A stretch of 39,026 nt of DNA, taken from the NCBI GenBank assembly GCA_009785855.1, contig WQUG01000093.1:1-39026 (forward strand), in the 5' to 3' direction. The notes under the pieces are model-generated. The model was not told where the DNA came from and did no database searches. It was given only the letters and a program-made list of their open reading frames with translations. The translations under genes were made by a program, and so were the position numbers. Origin of the DNA: Actinomycetes bacterium. GTDB lineage: Bacteria > Actinomycetota > Coriobacteriia > WRKU01 > WQUG01. This document shows, piece by piece, positions 25,375 through 36,049 of the stretch. The stretch's first letter is position 1. Every line of letters starts with the position of its first letter.

Positions 25375-26715
25375 ATGGTTGAAACGATCTCCCTGAAACG
25401 CTTGAGCTCAGACGGAAGCGCGGTCGGCCGTCTTGCGGACGGACGGGCGGTCTTCGTCGATTACGGCTGTCCCGGCGACGTCGTCCGCGTGATGATCGAC
25501 GAGGACCGCCCACGCTTCGCGCGCGGGCATGTGGGCGCACTCGTCCAGGCGAGCCCCCTGCGCGTGACTCCTCCCTGCCCCCACTTCGGCTGGGGTGCTT
25601 GCGGGGGCTGCCGGTGGCAACACCTGCTGCCGAGCGCCGCTCTGGCCGCGAAGCGCGATGCGATCATCGACGCGATGCAGCGGATCGCAGGGATCGCCGA
25701 TGCGGAGTCCCTGACGCTTCCGATCATCGGCTCGCCTGCAGACTATGAGTATCGCAACAAGATCGAACTGGACGCGCGCACGGTGCGCGGTCACCTCAGC
25801 CTGGGGCTGCACCGCGCGGGCTCGGCCGAACTGGTCGAACCGGGGAGCTGTCCGCTCTTCAGCGCCCCCTTCAAGGACCTGCTGAACTCAGTTCAGGGGG
25901 CCCTGCGCTACAGCCTCGGCTCTGCCGATGTCGGGCTGTCGCGCGTGGCGCTGCGCTACTCAGCGCGGACCAAGTCCTTTGAGCTCGCCTGCATGACCCG
26001 ACCCGGCTCGTTTCCGCGCGCCCGGGTCGCGAGCACGTGTAAGGCCGCCTGTCCCGAGATCACGAGCATCGTCCGCGTCATGCAGAAGACGACGGCCGGC
26101 CGCGGCAGCCGTAAGCACCCCATCCCTGTCCTGAAGGGGGTAGAGGCGCTCTTCGGGGCGGGCTACTGGAAGGAGCGTCTCGCAGGGTTCCCGTACAAGG
26201 TCAGCGCCCCCTCGTTCTTCCAGGTCAACACCGCCGCGACCGAGGGACTGGTAGAGATCGTCAAGGCGGCCCTTGAGCTCGACGGAAGCGAACACGCCTG
26301 CGACCTCTACAGCGGGGTCGGCGCCTTCAGCCTGCCTCTGGCTGCCTCTGCCAGGCGCTTGACCGTCGTCGAGTCCTCGGGACCCGCCGTACGTGACCTG
26401 CGGCGTAACCTGGCCGAGGCTGATCTCTCGGCAGAGGTCATCGCCGGACAACTCGGCCGCGACACCGAGGATATCGGGCAGCCCGACGCCGTACTCGTCG
26501 ACCCGCCCCGGGCAGGGCTCAGCGCCGCGGCGATCTGCGCGATCGAGCAGATGGCGCCTGAACGTCTTGTCTACGTCAGTTGCGATCCGGCCACTCTTGC
26601 GCGCGATCTGCGCTTGTTGACGGCGTCCTCTTTCCGTCTGGAAAGTCTGCGCCCGGTCGATCTCTTCCCCCAGACTCCCCATGTCGAGTGTGTCGCGAAA
26701 CTGAGGAAGGTCTGA
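25375..26715 (+). CDS. RumA/RlmD-family 23S rRNA (uracil-C5)-methyltransferase with TRAM domain and Fe-S cysteines
   Basis: It has a TRAM-like N-terminus (GSAVGRLADGRAVFVDYGCPGDVVRV) and the cysteine cluster CPHFGWGACGGCRWQHL. SAM-MTase motifs are DLYSGVGAFSL and VLVDPPRAGL. The catalytic motif is YVSCDPATLARDL. Confidence 0.85.
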   Translation: MVETISLKRLSSDGSAVGRLADGRAVFVDYGCPGDVVRVMIDEDRPRFARGHVGALVQASPLRVTPPCPHFGWGACGGCRWQHLLPSAALAAKRDAIIDAMQRIAGIADAESLTLPIIGSPADYEYRNKIELDARTVRGHLSLGLHRAGSAELVEPGSCPLFSAPFKDLLNSVQGALRYSLGSADVGLSRVALRYSARTKSFELACMTRPGSFPRARVASTCKAACPEITSIVRVMQKTTAGRGSRKHPIPVLKGVEALFGAGYWKERLAGFPYKVSAPSFFQVNTAATEGLVEIVKAALELDGSEHACDLYSGVGAFSLPLAASARRLTVVESSGPAVRDLRRNLAEADLSAEVIAGQLGRDTEDIGQPDAVLVDPPRAGLSAAAICAIEQMAPERLVYVSCDPATLARDLRLLTASSFRLESLRPVDLFPQTPHVECVAKLRKV

Positions 26716-26757
26716 GTCTGCAGTGCCCTGGATACCTCCCACCAGAAAGAGACGCCT

Positions 26758-28017
26758 ATGAACGCTGAGCGCCCGAGCGACTTGCACGCCCGCAACATCC
26801 AGGCCATCGCTGCCTATCTGAGCAGCGGCGACAAGGCCTGCGCCTGCCGGCTCGGCCTCGAGCTTGAGCAGTTCGTCATGACCGACGAGGGGGCCAGCGT
26901 AGCCTACTTCGGCCCTGAGGGCATCGAGGATCTGCTGAGGTCTTTGCGCGGCGCCTATGAGTCCGAGATCCGGGAGGGCGCCCATCTGATCGGGCTGGCC
27001 CGGCCCGGCACCACGCTCACCTTGGAGCCAGGCGCCCAGGTCGAGATCAGCACGGGGCCCTTCTGTCGCATCCACCAGCTGGAGGAAAGCTATGAGCTCT
27101 TCCGCGCGGAGATCGAGGCGGTGCTGCAGGGGCGGGGCCAACACCTCAAGGCGACGGGCTATCGACCCGACCTGCGCGCCGATGAGGTCGAGCTGATCCC
27201 GAAGGACCGCTACCGCTTCATGGATGCGCATTTCGCCCGGACCGGCTCCCGCGGACGCCAGATGATGCGAGGCAGCGCCGCGACCCAGATCTCGATCGAC
27301 TATACCGGAGAGCGCGACGCCGTCTTCAAGATGCGGGTCGCCACGCTCATCGGCCCACTGCTGGCGCTGGCCTGCGACTCTGCGACCCGCTATGAGGGCG
27401 CCGAGGCTTCCGAGCGCATGATCCGCACGATGATCTGGGATGACGTCGACGCGGCGCGCGCGGGCACCGTCGCGGGGCTCTTCGAGCCTGACTTCGGATT
27501 CGCTGCCTACGCGCGCGCGCTGGCCGCCGCTCCCCTCGTGGTCGAGCCCCGCGCCGACGGCAGCTACGGGGACTGCGACGGCACAAGCGCCGCCGAGCTC
27601 TATGCCCGACGCCTGATGACCCGCGCAGAGATCGAGCACCTGCTCTCGATGTTCTTCTTCGACGTACGCCTGAAGAACTACGTCGAGATCCGCATGGCCG
27701 ATTCCGTCGATATCTCCCTGGCTCTGGGCCTGACGGCACTGATCAAGGGCCTGTTCTACGACGCAGACGCGCTCGGGCGCCTCGCCGATCTGCTGTCACT
27801 GGATACGCGCAGCGCAAAAGATGTCGCCTGCGCCAAGCAGGAACTGCGCCAGGCCGGCTATCAGGGCATGGTCTACGGACGCAGCGCCGGTTCCTGGCTC
27901 GACCTGCTCGTCGAGCTTGCCCAGGATGGCCTGCCTGAAGAGGAGCGGCACTATCTGGACGCACTCGCAGGCCTGATCGTCGCACGAAGGAGCCCCCGCG
28001 ATGAAGTCAGTGACTGA
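26758..28017 (+). CDS. gshA: glutamate--cysteine ligase (plant/clostridial-type GCS, COG3572-like)
   Basis: 419 aa. LGLELEQFV, TLEPGAQVEIS, RGSAATQISID and FFDVRLKNYVEIRMADS parallel the EPGGQxELS and RLKxYLExRGAD signatures of this GCS class. Confidence 0.75.
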   Translation: MNAERPSDLHARNIQAIAAYLSSGDKACACRLGLELEQFVMTDEGASVAYFGPEGIEDLLRSLRGAYESEIREGAHLIGLARPGTTLTLEPGAQVEISTGPFCRIHQLEESYELFRAEIEAVLQGRGQHLKATGYRPDLRADEVELIPKDRYRFMDAHFARTGSRGRQMMRGSAATQISIDYTGERDAVFKMRVATLIGPLLALACDSATRYEGAEASERMIRTMIWDDVDAARAGTVAGLFEPDFGFAAYARALAAAPLVVEPRADGSYGDCDGTSAAELYARRLMTRAEIEHLLSMFFFDVRLKNYVEIRMADSVDISLALGLTALIKGLFYDADALGRLADLLSLDTRSAKDVACAKQELRQAGYQGMVYGRSAGSWLDLLVELAQDGLPEEERHYLDALAGLIVARRSPRDEVSD

Positions 28018-29380
28018 GCTTCATAAGGAATACGAGAGCATCGCCCTGGGTCTGGAAGGCCTTGACCTTGCCGGACAGCGGATCGCGGCCCGCGCCATGG
28101 CGCACTCGAGCGCCCTGTATCAGGGCGCGGTCATCGAATTCGCCTACCTGCCCCAGCTCTATCCCCCCGCGGTCATCTGCGCGCTGCGCGAGGAGACCTC
28201 GACTTTGTACGGGATACTGGCCAAGGTCATCGCCCGCTACCGGTCCGATCCGCTCTATCGCAGGCTCTTCGGTTTCGATCCGCGCCTTGAGGAGCTCATC
28301 TGTCTTGACCCCGGCTACGCAAGTCCCATCCCGATCATGCGCGCCGACATCTTCTACCAGGTGGACAGCGGTGATTTCAAGTTCTGCGAGCTTAACACCG
28401 ACGGCGCCTCAGCGATGAACGAGGACCGTGAGCTCTGCCGCGCGATCCAGCACACACCGGCGTTCAGGGCTTTCGAACAGAGGGGCTATGATCTCAGGCC
28501 CTTTGAGCTCTTCGAGAGCTGGATCGACGTGTTCCTGGGCATCTACGCGGACTGGGCGGGTCGCAGAGGCCAGCGCGGGCAGACGGCCCCGCGCGTGGCG
28601 ATCGTCGACTTCCTGGATAAAGCGACCACTGCAGAACAGGAGGAGTTCGCGCGACGCTTCCGTAAGCGCGGGCTGGACTGTGAGGTCATCGATATCCGCA
28701 GCCTGCGCTGGGACGGGAACCGGCTGGCCGATGCGAAGGGAGGACCGCTGGACGCCGTGTATCGTCGCGCGGTCACGACCGACATCATGGCGCAGTTCGA
28801 TGAGGTCGGCGACTTCCTTGCGGCGGTGCGAAACGGCGCCGTTTGTCTCGTCGGAGGCTTTCAGACCCAGATCGCGCATGCCAAGATCATCTTCGAGGTC
28901 CTGCGCCGCGACGAGACCCTCTCTCGTCTCACAGAAGACGAGGCCGCCTTCGTCAAAGCCCATATCCCGGCGACCTGGCGTCTGGAGGAGACGGCGATCG
29001 ATCTGGCGGAGGTGCTCAGCACCAAGGACGCCTGGATCATCAAGCCCCTCGATCTCTATGCAGCTTCCGGGGTCGTCGCCGGACGAGGGGTCGACCAGGA
29101 GCAGTGGGAACGGATCATCAAAGAGCGCGTCGATACCGGCTTCATCATCCAGGAGTACGTCGAGCAGTACCAAAGCAGCAACATCCGTAACGTCTTCTCA
29201 TTGCCCGTTGCCGGCGAGCCCCAGCAACTCCGTGAGCCGCAGCTGGAACCGTTCCAGCATCTCACCGGGCTCTACCTCTATGCAGGGAAGCTTGCGGGCA
29301 TCTATTCGCGCGCGGGCCAGGAAGAACTCATCTTCGGGCATGCCGGCGGGCTGACGCTCGCCAGCTTCCAGGTAGCCTGA
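28001..29380 (+). CDS. ATP-grasp-type ligase (glutathione synthetase / glutathionylspermidine-synthetase-like), probable partner of the GCS
   Basis: The ATG at 28001 is preceded by GAAGGAG and overlaps the gshA 3' end by 17 nt. MRADIFYQVDSGDFKFCELNTDGASAMNED resembles the R-x-D...E-x-N-x-D core of pre-ATP-grasp/GSP-synthetase-like ligases. The C-terminus contains IIKPLDLYAASGV and FIIQEYV. Confidence 0.65.
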   Translation: MKSVTELHKEYESIALGLEGLDLAGQRIAARAMAHSSALYQGAVIEFAYLPQLYPPAVICALREETSTLYGILAKVIARYRSDPLYRRLFGFDPRLEELICLDPGYASPIPIMRADIFYQVDSGDFKFCELNTDGASAMNEDRELCRAIQHTPAFRAFEQRGYDLRPFELFESWIDVFLGIYADWAGRRGQRGQTAPRVAIVDFLDKATTAEQEEFARRFRKRGLDCEVIDIRSLRWDGNRLADAKGGPLDAVYRRAVTTDIMAQFDEVGDFLAAVRNGAVCLVGGFQTQIAHAKIIFEVLRRDETLSRLTEDEAAFVKAHIPATWRLEETAIDLAEVLSTKDAWIIKPLDLYAASGVVAGRGVDQEQWERIIKERVDTGFIIQEYVEQYQSSNIRNVFSLPVAGEPQQLREPQLEPFQHLTGLYLYAGKLAGIYSRAGQEELIFGHAGGLTLASFQVA

Positions 29381-29400
29381 CAACAGCCAGACGTGAAATG

Positions 29401-29478
29401 GATGCTTGCTGGCAAGGCGCTGCGAAGCGTGGCGGCCTTTAGGCCGCGAGCTTCGCAGCAACACAGCCAACAAGCATC
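29401..29478. other. 78-nt three-tier nested inverted repeat between convergent genes (structured RNA or atypical terminator)
   Basis: The outer stem 29401-29413 / 29466-29478 pairs 12 of 13. The middle stem 29419-29428 / 29450-29459 pairs 10 of 10. The inner stem gcggcc-ttta-ggccgc (29432-29447) pairs 6 of 6. There is no U-tract on either side. Confidence 0.6.
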
Positions 29479-29487
29479 CAGGCGCGT

Positions 29488-30300
29488 CTAGTCGATTTCC
29501 TCTATATCGAGGTCGTCATTATCCATATCGCCCCACTGCTCAGCTGCCGGAGCTTCCTGCTTCTGGGCAGGGGCCTCCGCTGGCGCCGGGGCAGGAGTCG
29601 GCTCGCCCTCGCCTGCGGCTGGAATCGAGACCGGAGGGATCTCGAAGAAGTCCGTATCGTCAAGCGCCGCCGCCATGGGATCCGGAGCGTCCTGTGGCGC
29701 CACCGCAGCTGGAGCCTGCTGAACAGGCTGCTGCCCGGGCGCAGCTTCGTCGCGCTTCGCCGCCTGCAGCTCCTTTTCTGCCTCTTGAGACATCGGGACC
29801 GCCTTGACCGCAGTCCGTGCCTGGGACTCGATGCGACGTACATCGCGCAGGAAGCTGTCGAGTTGCGCGACATACCTTCTGCGGAACTGCTCCTCTTCTT
29901 CCTGAAGACGGGCGAGACTCCCCACAAGCTTGTGATGTTTCTGCCGGGCCTCGGCCGCATAGCTTTCCGACTCCTGACGCAGTTTCTCAAGTTCGGAGGC
30001 GTGCTGCTTACGGGCCTCGACGAGCATCTCCTCGCTCTGCACCCGGGCCTTCTCCAGCATGTCATCTGCAGCCTTCTGGGCGGTCAGGAGGGTGTGGTTG
30101 ATCGTGTTGCGCTCCGCCTCAAGGTTAGCGCCCTGGGACTCAAGCGCCGCGACCTTCTCTTCCAGAGTCTGGATCTGTTTCGCGGCAGAATCGATCTCGA
30201 CCGCCAACTGGTCGAGGAATCCGTCGACCTCATCCTCACGATAGCCCCTCATCCCACGGGCGAACTCCTTTTGGTGGATATCCAGGGCAGTGATCTTCAT
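29488..30300 (-). CDS. divIVA: cell-division/polarity protein DivIVA
   Basis: The ORF is trimmed to the ATG at 30300, preceded by GAAGGAA. The sequence begins MKITALDIHQKEFARGMRGYREDEVDGFLDQLAVE and continues as a long coiled coil with an Ala/Pro-rich tail and an acidic C-terminus. Confidence 0.9.
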   Translation of the reverse strand: MKITALDIHQKEFARGMRGYREDEVDGFLDQLAVEIDSAAKQIQTLEEKVAALESQGANLEAERNTINHTLLTAQKAADDMLEKARVQSEEMLVEARKQHASELEKLRQESESYAAEARQKHHKLVGSLARLQEEEEQFRRRYVAQLDSFLRDVRRIESQARTAVKAVPMSQEAEKELQAAKRDEAAPGQQPVQQAPAAVAPQDAPDPMAAALDDTDFFEIPPVSIPAAGEGEPTPAPAPAEAPAQKQEAPAAEQWGDMDNDDLDIEEID

Positions 30301-30347
30301 GGTCGTTCCTTCACAGTCGTTGTGGGGCTTCGTCGTTTGACATTGTA

Positions 30348-31202
30348 TCACGCTTTCGTTGCATCGTCCGGGTCCTCGTCGAGCCCCTGCTTGAGGGTCC
30401 GGGCCACGGCGGCATCGACCGCGTTGGTGAAGGCGGCGCGCAGGCCCGCGTTCTCGAGTTCTGCGAGCGCGACGGCCGTTGTCCCTCCGGGACTTGAGAC
30501 CACATCGATCAGCGATTCAGGCTGCATGCCGCTTTCCTGAAGCAGTCGCGCCGTCCCGAGCATCGTCTGTTCGGTGAGTTCGACCGCCAGGGCCAGAGGG
30601 AGTCCATGCATCACTCCCGCCCGTATCAGAGCGCTTGCCACCAGGGCGAAATAGGCGGGTCCGCTCCCGGAGACCGCCGTACCGGCAGGCTGCAGTTCCT
30701 CGGCAACGACACAGGCGCGTCCGACGCTTTCAAAGAGTTTCACGACCGACTTCAGCGCGGTCTTCGTCACATGCGTCCCCGGGGTCAGCAACGACATCGC
30801 CTCGCCGACCATCGCCGGCGTGTTGGGCATCACGCGCACGACGGGGGTCCCCTCTTCGACTTCTGCCTGGAGCTGGTCTGTCGTGACCCCTCCCGCGATA
30901 GAGACCAGCAGGGCTCCGTTCAGACGATCCCGCAGCTGCTGGAGCACGGGGGTGACCGTCTCAGGATGGACCGCGAGCAGACAGATGTCGCCCGCGCCCA
31001 GCTCAAGTTGCGTGACCTGAGCCAGACAGGTCACTCCCGGGAACTCGCGGGCGAGCTCGGAGCGCCGCGTCAGACCGGGCTCAACGACCACCGCATGACG
31101 CGGATCGACCAGCCCGCACTTCAGAAAGCCGGCCAGAAGCGCTGAGCCCATCTTGCCAGCGCCGATCACCGCCACACGACCTGGATTGTTCTGTATCGCC
31201 AT
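30348..31202 (-). CDS. proC: pyrroline-5-carboxylate reductase
   Basis: The ORF is trimmed to the ATG at 31202, preceded by GGAG (MAIQNNPGRVAVIGAGKMGSALL). Motifs include RVMPNTPA and SPGGTT. Confidence 0.9.
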   Translation of the reverse strand: MAIQNNPGRVAVIGAGKMGSALLAGFLKCGLVDPRHAVVVEPGLTRRSELAREFPGVTCLAQVTQLELGAGDICLLAVHPETVTPVLQQLRDRLNGALLVSIAGGVTTDQLQAEVEEGTPVVRVMPNTPAMVGEAMSLLTPGTHVTKTALKSVVKLFESVGRACVVAEELQPAGTAVSGSGPAYFALVASALIRAGVMHGLPLALAVELTEQTMLGTARLLQESGMQPESLIDVVSSPGGTTAVALAELENAGLRAAFTNAVDAAVARTLKQGLDEDPDDATKA

Positions 31203-31218
31203 GTACTCCACTTTCTCC

Positions 31219-31755
31219 CTAGAAGATCGTCCGGGCAGAGCCGAACTTGCGCTGCTCAAGATCGCTCATCTCCACATTGTGAGGGGTCAGCATGAAGATA
31301 AGATCGGCGACTTTCGAGATACCTCCGTCAAGCGCGTAGGTCAGGCCCGAGGCGAAGTCGATGAAACGACGCTGCTGGGCCGCCGGCACCCGCGTGAGGT
31401 CGAGGATGACCGGGGTTCCGGCCTTGAACTTATCGGCAAGCACGCTGACCTCGTCGAAGCTGGTCGGTCGCGCGTTGTGGATACGCACCTGAGGCGTCAT
31501 CGGGGATACGGTCGCCGGTCCAGTCGGCACCGAGCGCAGCGGAGCTCCGGTCATAGCTGAGGCGCGTTCGAGATCGGGCGTGCGGGGACGCGTGCGCACC
31601 GATCCAGCGCTTGCGCCTGACCCGTAAGGTGACTCATAGTCATAGGAACTGCTCAGGTCGTCGTCTCCGGGCATCCCGTCATCGAACTCACCTTCGGGGT
31701 CATAGTCCTCGTCGCCGAAGCCGAACTTCGACTTCACGTTATCCCACATACTCAT
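31219..31755 (-). CDS. sepF: cell division protein SepF
   Basis: The N-terminus is [13 protein letters not shown] (membrane-targeting helix). After a disordered acidic linker, the C-terminal SepF domain reads [22 protein letters not shown]...[16 protein letters not shown]. Confidence 0.9.
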   Translation of the reverse strand: MSMWDNVKSKFGFGDEDYDPEGEFDDGMPGDDDLSSSYDYESPYGSGASAGSVRTRPRTPDLERASAMTGAPLRSVPTGPATVSPMTPQVRIHNARPTSFDEVSVLADKFKAGTPVILDLTRVPAAQQRRFIDFASGLTYALDGGISKVADLIFMLTPHNVEMSDLEQRKFGSARTIF

Positions 31756-32504
31756 CTTCGATCAGTCTCCTTGAACAGAGCCGTCCCTATCCGTACGAGC
31801 GTCGCGCCTTCTTCGACCGCGACCTCGAAGTCGTTGCTCATCCCCATCGAGAGTTCCTCCAGCAGGATCTGCGCTCCGCGCGATCTCTGCCGCAGCTCAT
31901 CGCGCAGGCGCCGGAGCTCCCTGAACACCCAGCGTACCGCTTCAGGGCTGTCCAGAGGCGCCATCGTCATCAGGCCGTTGACCAGCAGGTGCGAACAAGC
32001 GAGCGCGCCCACGGCAACAGCGTCCACCAGTTCGCGCGCACCTTGGGGCGTCAGACCATGCTTGGAGCCCTCCCCGCTGATGTTGACCTCAAGAAGCACC
32101 GGCTGGATGATGTCGAGCGCCGCGGCCCGGGCGTCGATCTTCTCGAGCAGGCGCTGGCTGTCGACCGAATGTATCAGGGGCGTACGACCGACGACGTAAC
32201 GGACCTTGTTGGTCTGAAGACTGCCGATCAGATGGATCTGGGCTGCGGGGATCGCCTCATGCTTCTCAAGGAAGCGGTCGACCCGGTTCTCCCCCAGCAG
32301 GAGCTGCCCCGCATCCACCAGGAGGGCGGCGGTCTGAGGCGACACCGTCTTCGAGACGGCGACGAGTCTCACTTCTGCCGGATCACGCCCCGCGCGCTGG
32401 GCTGCAGCTGCGATGCGCGCGCGGACCTCGGTCAGGTTGCGCGCCAGGTCCTCTGCGCAGGGACTAGCCGTGCTGGCCCTCCGCGCTGAGTTCGATCTCG
32501 TCAT
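31752..32504 (-). CDS. yggS: YggS/PROSC-family pyridoxal-phosphate homeostasis protein
   Basis: Motifs include VRLVAVSKT (PLP Lys), [11 protein letters not shown] and [23 protein letters not shown]. The start is uncertain (ATG 32504 or GTG 32513), and either overlaps the phoU 3' end. Confidence 0.85.
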   Translation of the reverse strand: MTRSNSARRASTASPCAEDLARNLTEVRARIAAAAQRAGRDPAEVRLVAVSKTVSPQTAALLVDAGQLLLGENRVDRFLEKHEAIPAAQIHLIGSLQTNKVRYVVGRTPLIHSVDSQRLLEKIDARAAALDIIQPVLLEVNISGEGSKHGLTPQGARELVDAVAVGALACSHLLVNGLMTMAPLDSPEAVRWVFRELRRLRDELRQRSRGAQILLEELSMGMSNDFEVAVEEGATLVRIGTALFKETDRR

Positions 32505-33156
32505 AGGCGTCACGTTCCCCGGTGATCAGGAAGACGACCCGCTCCCCGATGTCGACCGCGTTGTCGCTGATGCGCTCCAGATAGCGCGAGGACATGACCA
32601 TGCGACTCGCCCACTCGATCTCCTTCTCATCGGTCAAGTGCGCGAGCTCACGGAAGAACTGCTTGTAAAGCGAGTCGATCGGCGCGTCCAGTTCCGGAAG
32701 CTTCAGCGCCAGTTCCAGGCTGCTCGTCTCCAGGGCCTCGCGTGTGGTCTTGAGGACTTCGGCGACAAGCTCACTCTGCTGGCTGATCAGATCGGCCAGA
32801 GCCTGAGGTGCGCGGACGGTCCCCTTCTTGTCCGTGACGCGCAGAGCGGTCTTCGCTACGTTAGCGGCAAGGTCGGCCATCCGCTCCTCATACATCGCGA
32901 TGAACGCCATCGAGTGGAGGAGCCGCAGGTCGCGCGCCACCGGGAACTGGGTCGCGATGGTCTCGAGCACCCGATCTTCGACCGCCAGCGTGCGCCGATC
33001 ATACTCATCGTCACCGGCCACGATCCGGGTCGCAAGCTCGTAGTCGCCCTCGAGCAGGGCCCGCGCTGCTTCCTGGACCGTCACCTCAAGATCGGCCAGG
33101 ATGCTGACGACCTCGGCCTTTATCTCTCCAAGTATCTGTCTGTACTGTTCTCTCAT
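32464..33156 (-). CDS. phoU: phosphate signalling complex protein PhoU
   Basis: 230 aa with two PhoU repeats (DDEYDRRTLAVEDRVLETIATQFPVARDLR and ERISDNAVDIGERVVF). It lies downstream of pstB. Confidence 0.92.
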   Translation of the reverse strand: MREQYRQILGEIKAEVVSILADLEVTVQEAARALLEGDYELATRIVAGDDEYDRRTLAVEDRVLETIATQFPVARDLRLLHSMAFIAMYEERMADLAANVAKTALRVTDKKGTVRAPQALADLISQQSELVAEVLKTTREALETSSLELALKLPELDAPIDSLYKQFFRELAHLTDEKEIEWASRMVMSSRYLERISDNAVDIGERVVFLITGERDAYDEIELSAEGQHG

Positions 33157-33266
33157 AGTCGTATCCCGACCGTTCCTTTCTGGCTCTTGTGCTACTTTGC
33201 CCTGGATATGGTTATACCATCTCTTGCGCCCGCTCCCGGCTTTCGTAACACGACCGGCACACTCCG

Positions 33267-34130
<864 letters not shown>

Positions 34131-34131
34131 A

Positions 34132-35058
34132 TCAGCGCACCTTCCGATAACGACGTTGGATGTAGCGGGCGAACATGTTGAGCAAGAATATCATGAGCAT
34201 GAGCATCAGAGCCGTACCGTAGGCGGCCTTCAGGTTGATGCCGTCGACCGCCAGCAGGTAAAGGTGGACGGCCATGGAGCGTCCTGATTCCAGGGGGGTC
34301 AGCGGCATGTTGATGGCCATACCCATGGTATAGAACACCACCGCGGTCTCGCCGATAGCGCGCCCCATCGCAAGCACCAGTCCCGTGATGATGCGCGGCA
34401 TCGCCCAGGGCAGGACGACCCGGCTGACCGTCTGCCATTGCGTCGCTCCCAGCCCGTAACTCCCCCAACGGATATAGCGCGGCACCGCCCTGATGGCCTC
34501 CTCGGTCGCGCGCATGATGATCGGCAGCATGAGCAGCGACAGGGCGAGTGCGGCAGAGAGCATCGACATCGGCAGATGGAAGGCTTCGACGAAGAAGGCC
34601 AGACCGAAAAGTCCCATGACGATCGAGGGGACCGAAGCAAGCGAGTCGGCCGCGAAGCGGATCACGGTCACGATCCTTCCCTGCTTGGCATACTCGGCCA
34701 GGTAGACCGCCGCCAGGACCGCGACCGGCGTCGCGATGAGCATGGCCAGGCCCGTCACATAGAGTGTCGAGATGATGGTCGGCCAGATACCGCCCTTCGC
34801 GCTGACGCCGTGGGGCCAGGTGAAGATGAACTTCGGCGAGATCATGGGGGCGCCGTTGATGACCACATAGAGGATGATGAGTATCAGCGCGGCGACCGTG
34901 ATCCCGGCCGCTACCCACAGTACCGCCAGGGCGGTGTTGTTCGCAAGGCGCTCCTTGAGCAGGCGGGCGCGCTTGGCCTCGTTGCGCGCCGTCTTATCCA
35001 TGGCGCCTGGCCCAAGCTCCTTGAGGCGCTCGCGGTCTTCAGAGAACATATCACGCAT
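34132..35058 (-). CDS. pstA: phosphate ABC transporter permease PstA
   Basis: 308-aa polytopic permease with an EAA-like loop ([27 protein letters not shown]). It is the second permease in pstSCAB order. Confidence 0.92.
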   Translation of the reverse strand: MRDMFSEDRERLKELGPGAMDKTARNEAKRARLLKERLANNTALAVLWVAAGITVAALILIILYVVINGAPMISPKFIFTWPHGVSAKGGIWPTIISTLYVTGLAMLIATPVAVLAAVYLAEYAKQGRIVTVIRFAADSLASVPSIVMGLFGLAFFVEAFHLPMSMLSAALALSLLMLPIIMRATEEAIRAVPRYIRWGSYGLGATQWQTVSRVVLPWAMPRIITGLVLAMGRAIGETAVVFYTMGMAINMPLTPLESGRSMAVHLYLLAVDGINLKAAYGTALMLMLMIFLLNMFARYIQRRYRKVR

Positions 35059-35065
35059 GCTCGCC

Positions 35066-36049
35066 TCAGCCCTCCTTTCCCGTCCGGGAAAGAAGCCTCA
35101 CGATCAGGACCAGACACATCGAGATGAGGAACAGCAGCGCCGCCATGCCGAAGAGCGCGGTGCGGAAGTCGTCGGCCGCATAACTCATACCCAGTACGAT
35201 CTGACTCGTGAGCGTTGCGATCGGCTTGGTCAGACCTGCGAACATCTGTGGCGCGTTGCCCACGATCATAAGCACGGCCATGGTCTCGCCGATAGCACGT
35301 CCCATCCCTAAGATGACCGCATCGATGATGCCGATCTTGGCGGCCGGCAACACGACCTTATAGATGGTCTGCCACTGGGTCGCCCCCATGGCGAAGGAAG
35401 CCTCGCGGATCCCCATCGGGATCGAATCGAGCGCGTCCTCGGAAAGCATCGCGATGGTCGGCACGATCATGATCGACAGCACGATCCAGGCGGTCAAAGG
35501 CCCAAAGCCGGCTCCACCGAAGAGCCGGGCGACGAGCGGCGCCACCACGGTCACGCCGAAGAAGCCGTAGACGACTGAAGGGATGCCGGCCAGAAGCTCG
35601 ACCGCCGGACGTATCACCGCGCGCGCCCGCGGACCGGCGACCTCAGAGAGGAAAAGCGCGGTCATGATCGCCAGCGGAGCGCCGATGGCAAGGGCGCCGA
35701 TAGTCACGACCACACTGCCGACGATGAAGGGTACGACGCCGAACTGACTGTGGGCGACCGACCACTTCGTGCCCGTGATGAACTTCAGAAAGCCGATGTT
35801 GGGAAACACTCCGGAAGCCTGGTAGGCCACGAAGGCGAAGATCAGCACGACGCCGAGCACGGCGACGATCGCGCAGGCGAAGAACAGGAGCAACAGGCCT
35901 CGCTCCTTGATCTGGGTGGCGCGCGAGACGAGTGTCAGCGCAGCCGTCTTGTGTCGGGGCTGTGTCTGTGCCAGATCCGGGAACGGGCCTTCATCTTCAG
36001 GATGAAGTGTCTGCTGCGTGAGCGGCTGCGGTGTGTAGGCAGCGCTCAC
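35066..36049 (-). CDS. pstC: phosphate ABC transporter permease PstC
   Basis: The GTG start overlaps the pstS stop (GTGA). It has the permease loop LSEDALDSIPMGIREASFAMGATQWQT. Confidence 0.92.
   Translation of the reverse strand: MSAAYTPQPLTQQTLHPEDEGPFPDLAQTQPRHKTAALTLVSRATQIKERGLLLLFFACAIVAVLGVVLIFAFVAYQASGVFPNIGFLKFITGTKWSVAHSQFGVVPFIVGSVVVTIGALAIGAPLAIMTALFLSEVAGPRARAVIRPAVELLAGIPSVVYGFFGVTVVAPLVARLFGGAGFGPLTAWIVLSIMIVPTIAMLSEDALDSIPMGIREASFAMGATQWQTIYKVVLPAAKIGIIDAVILGMGRAIGETMAVLMIVGNAPQMFAGLTKPIATLTSQIVLGMSYAADDFRTALFGMAALLFLISMCLVLIVRLLSRTGKEG

Noticed and set aside
25960-27639. 559-aa minus-strand ORF across the methyltransferase and gshA genes
   Set aside because: It is antisense to two well-supported plus-strand genes and even spans their intergenic gap. 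The composition is low-complexity and Arg/Gly/Ala-rich. It is a high-GC artefact.
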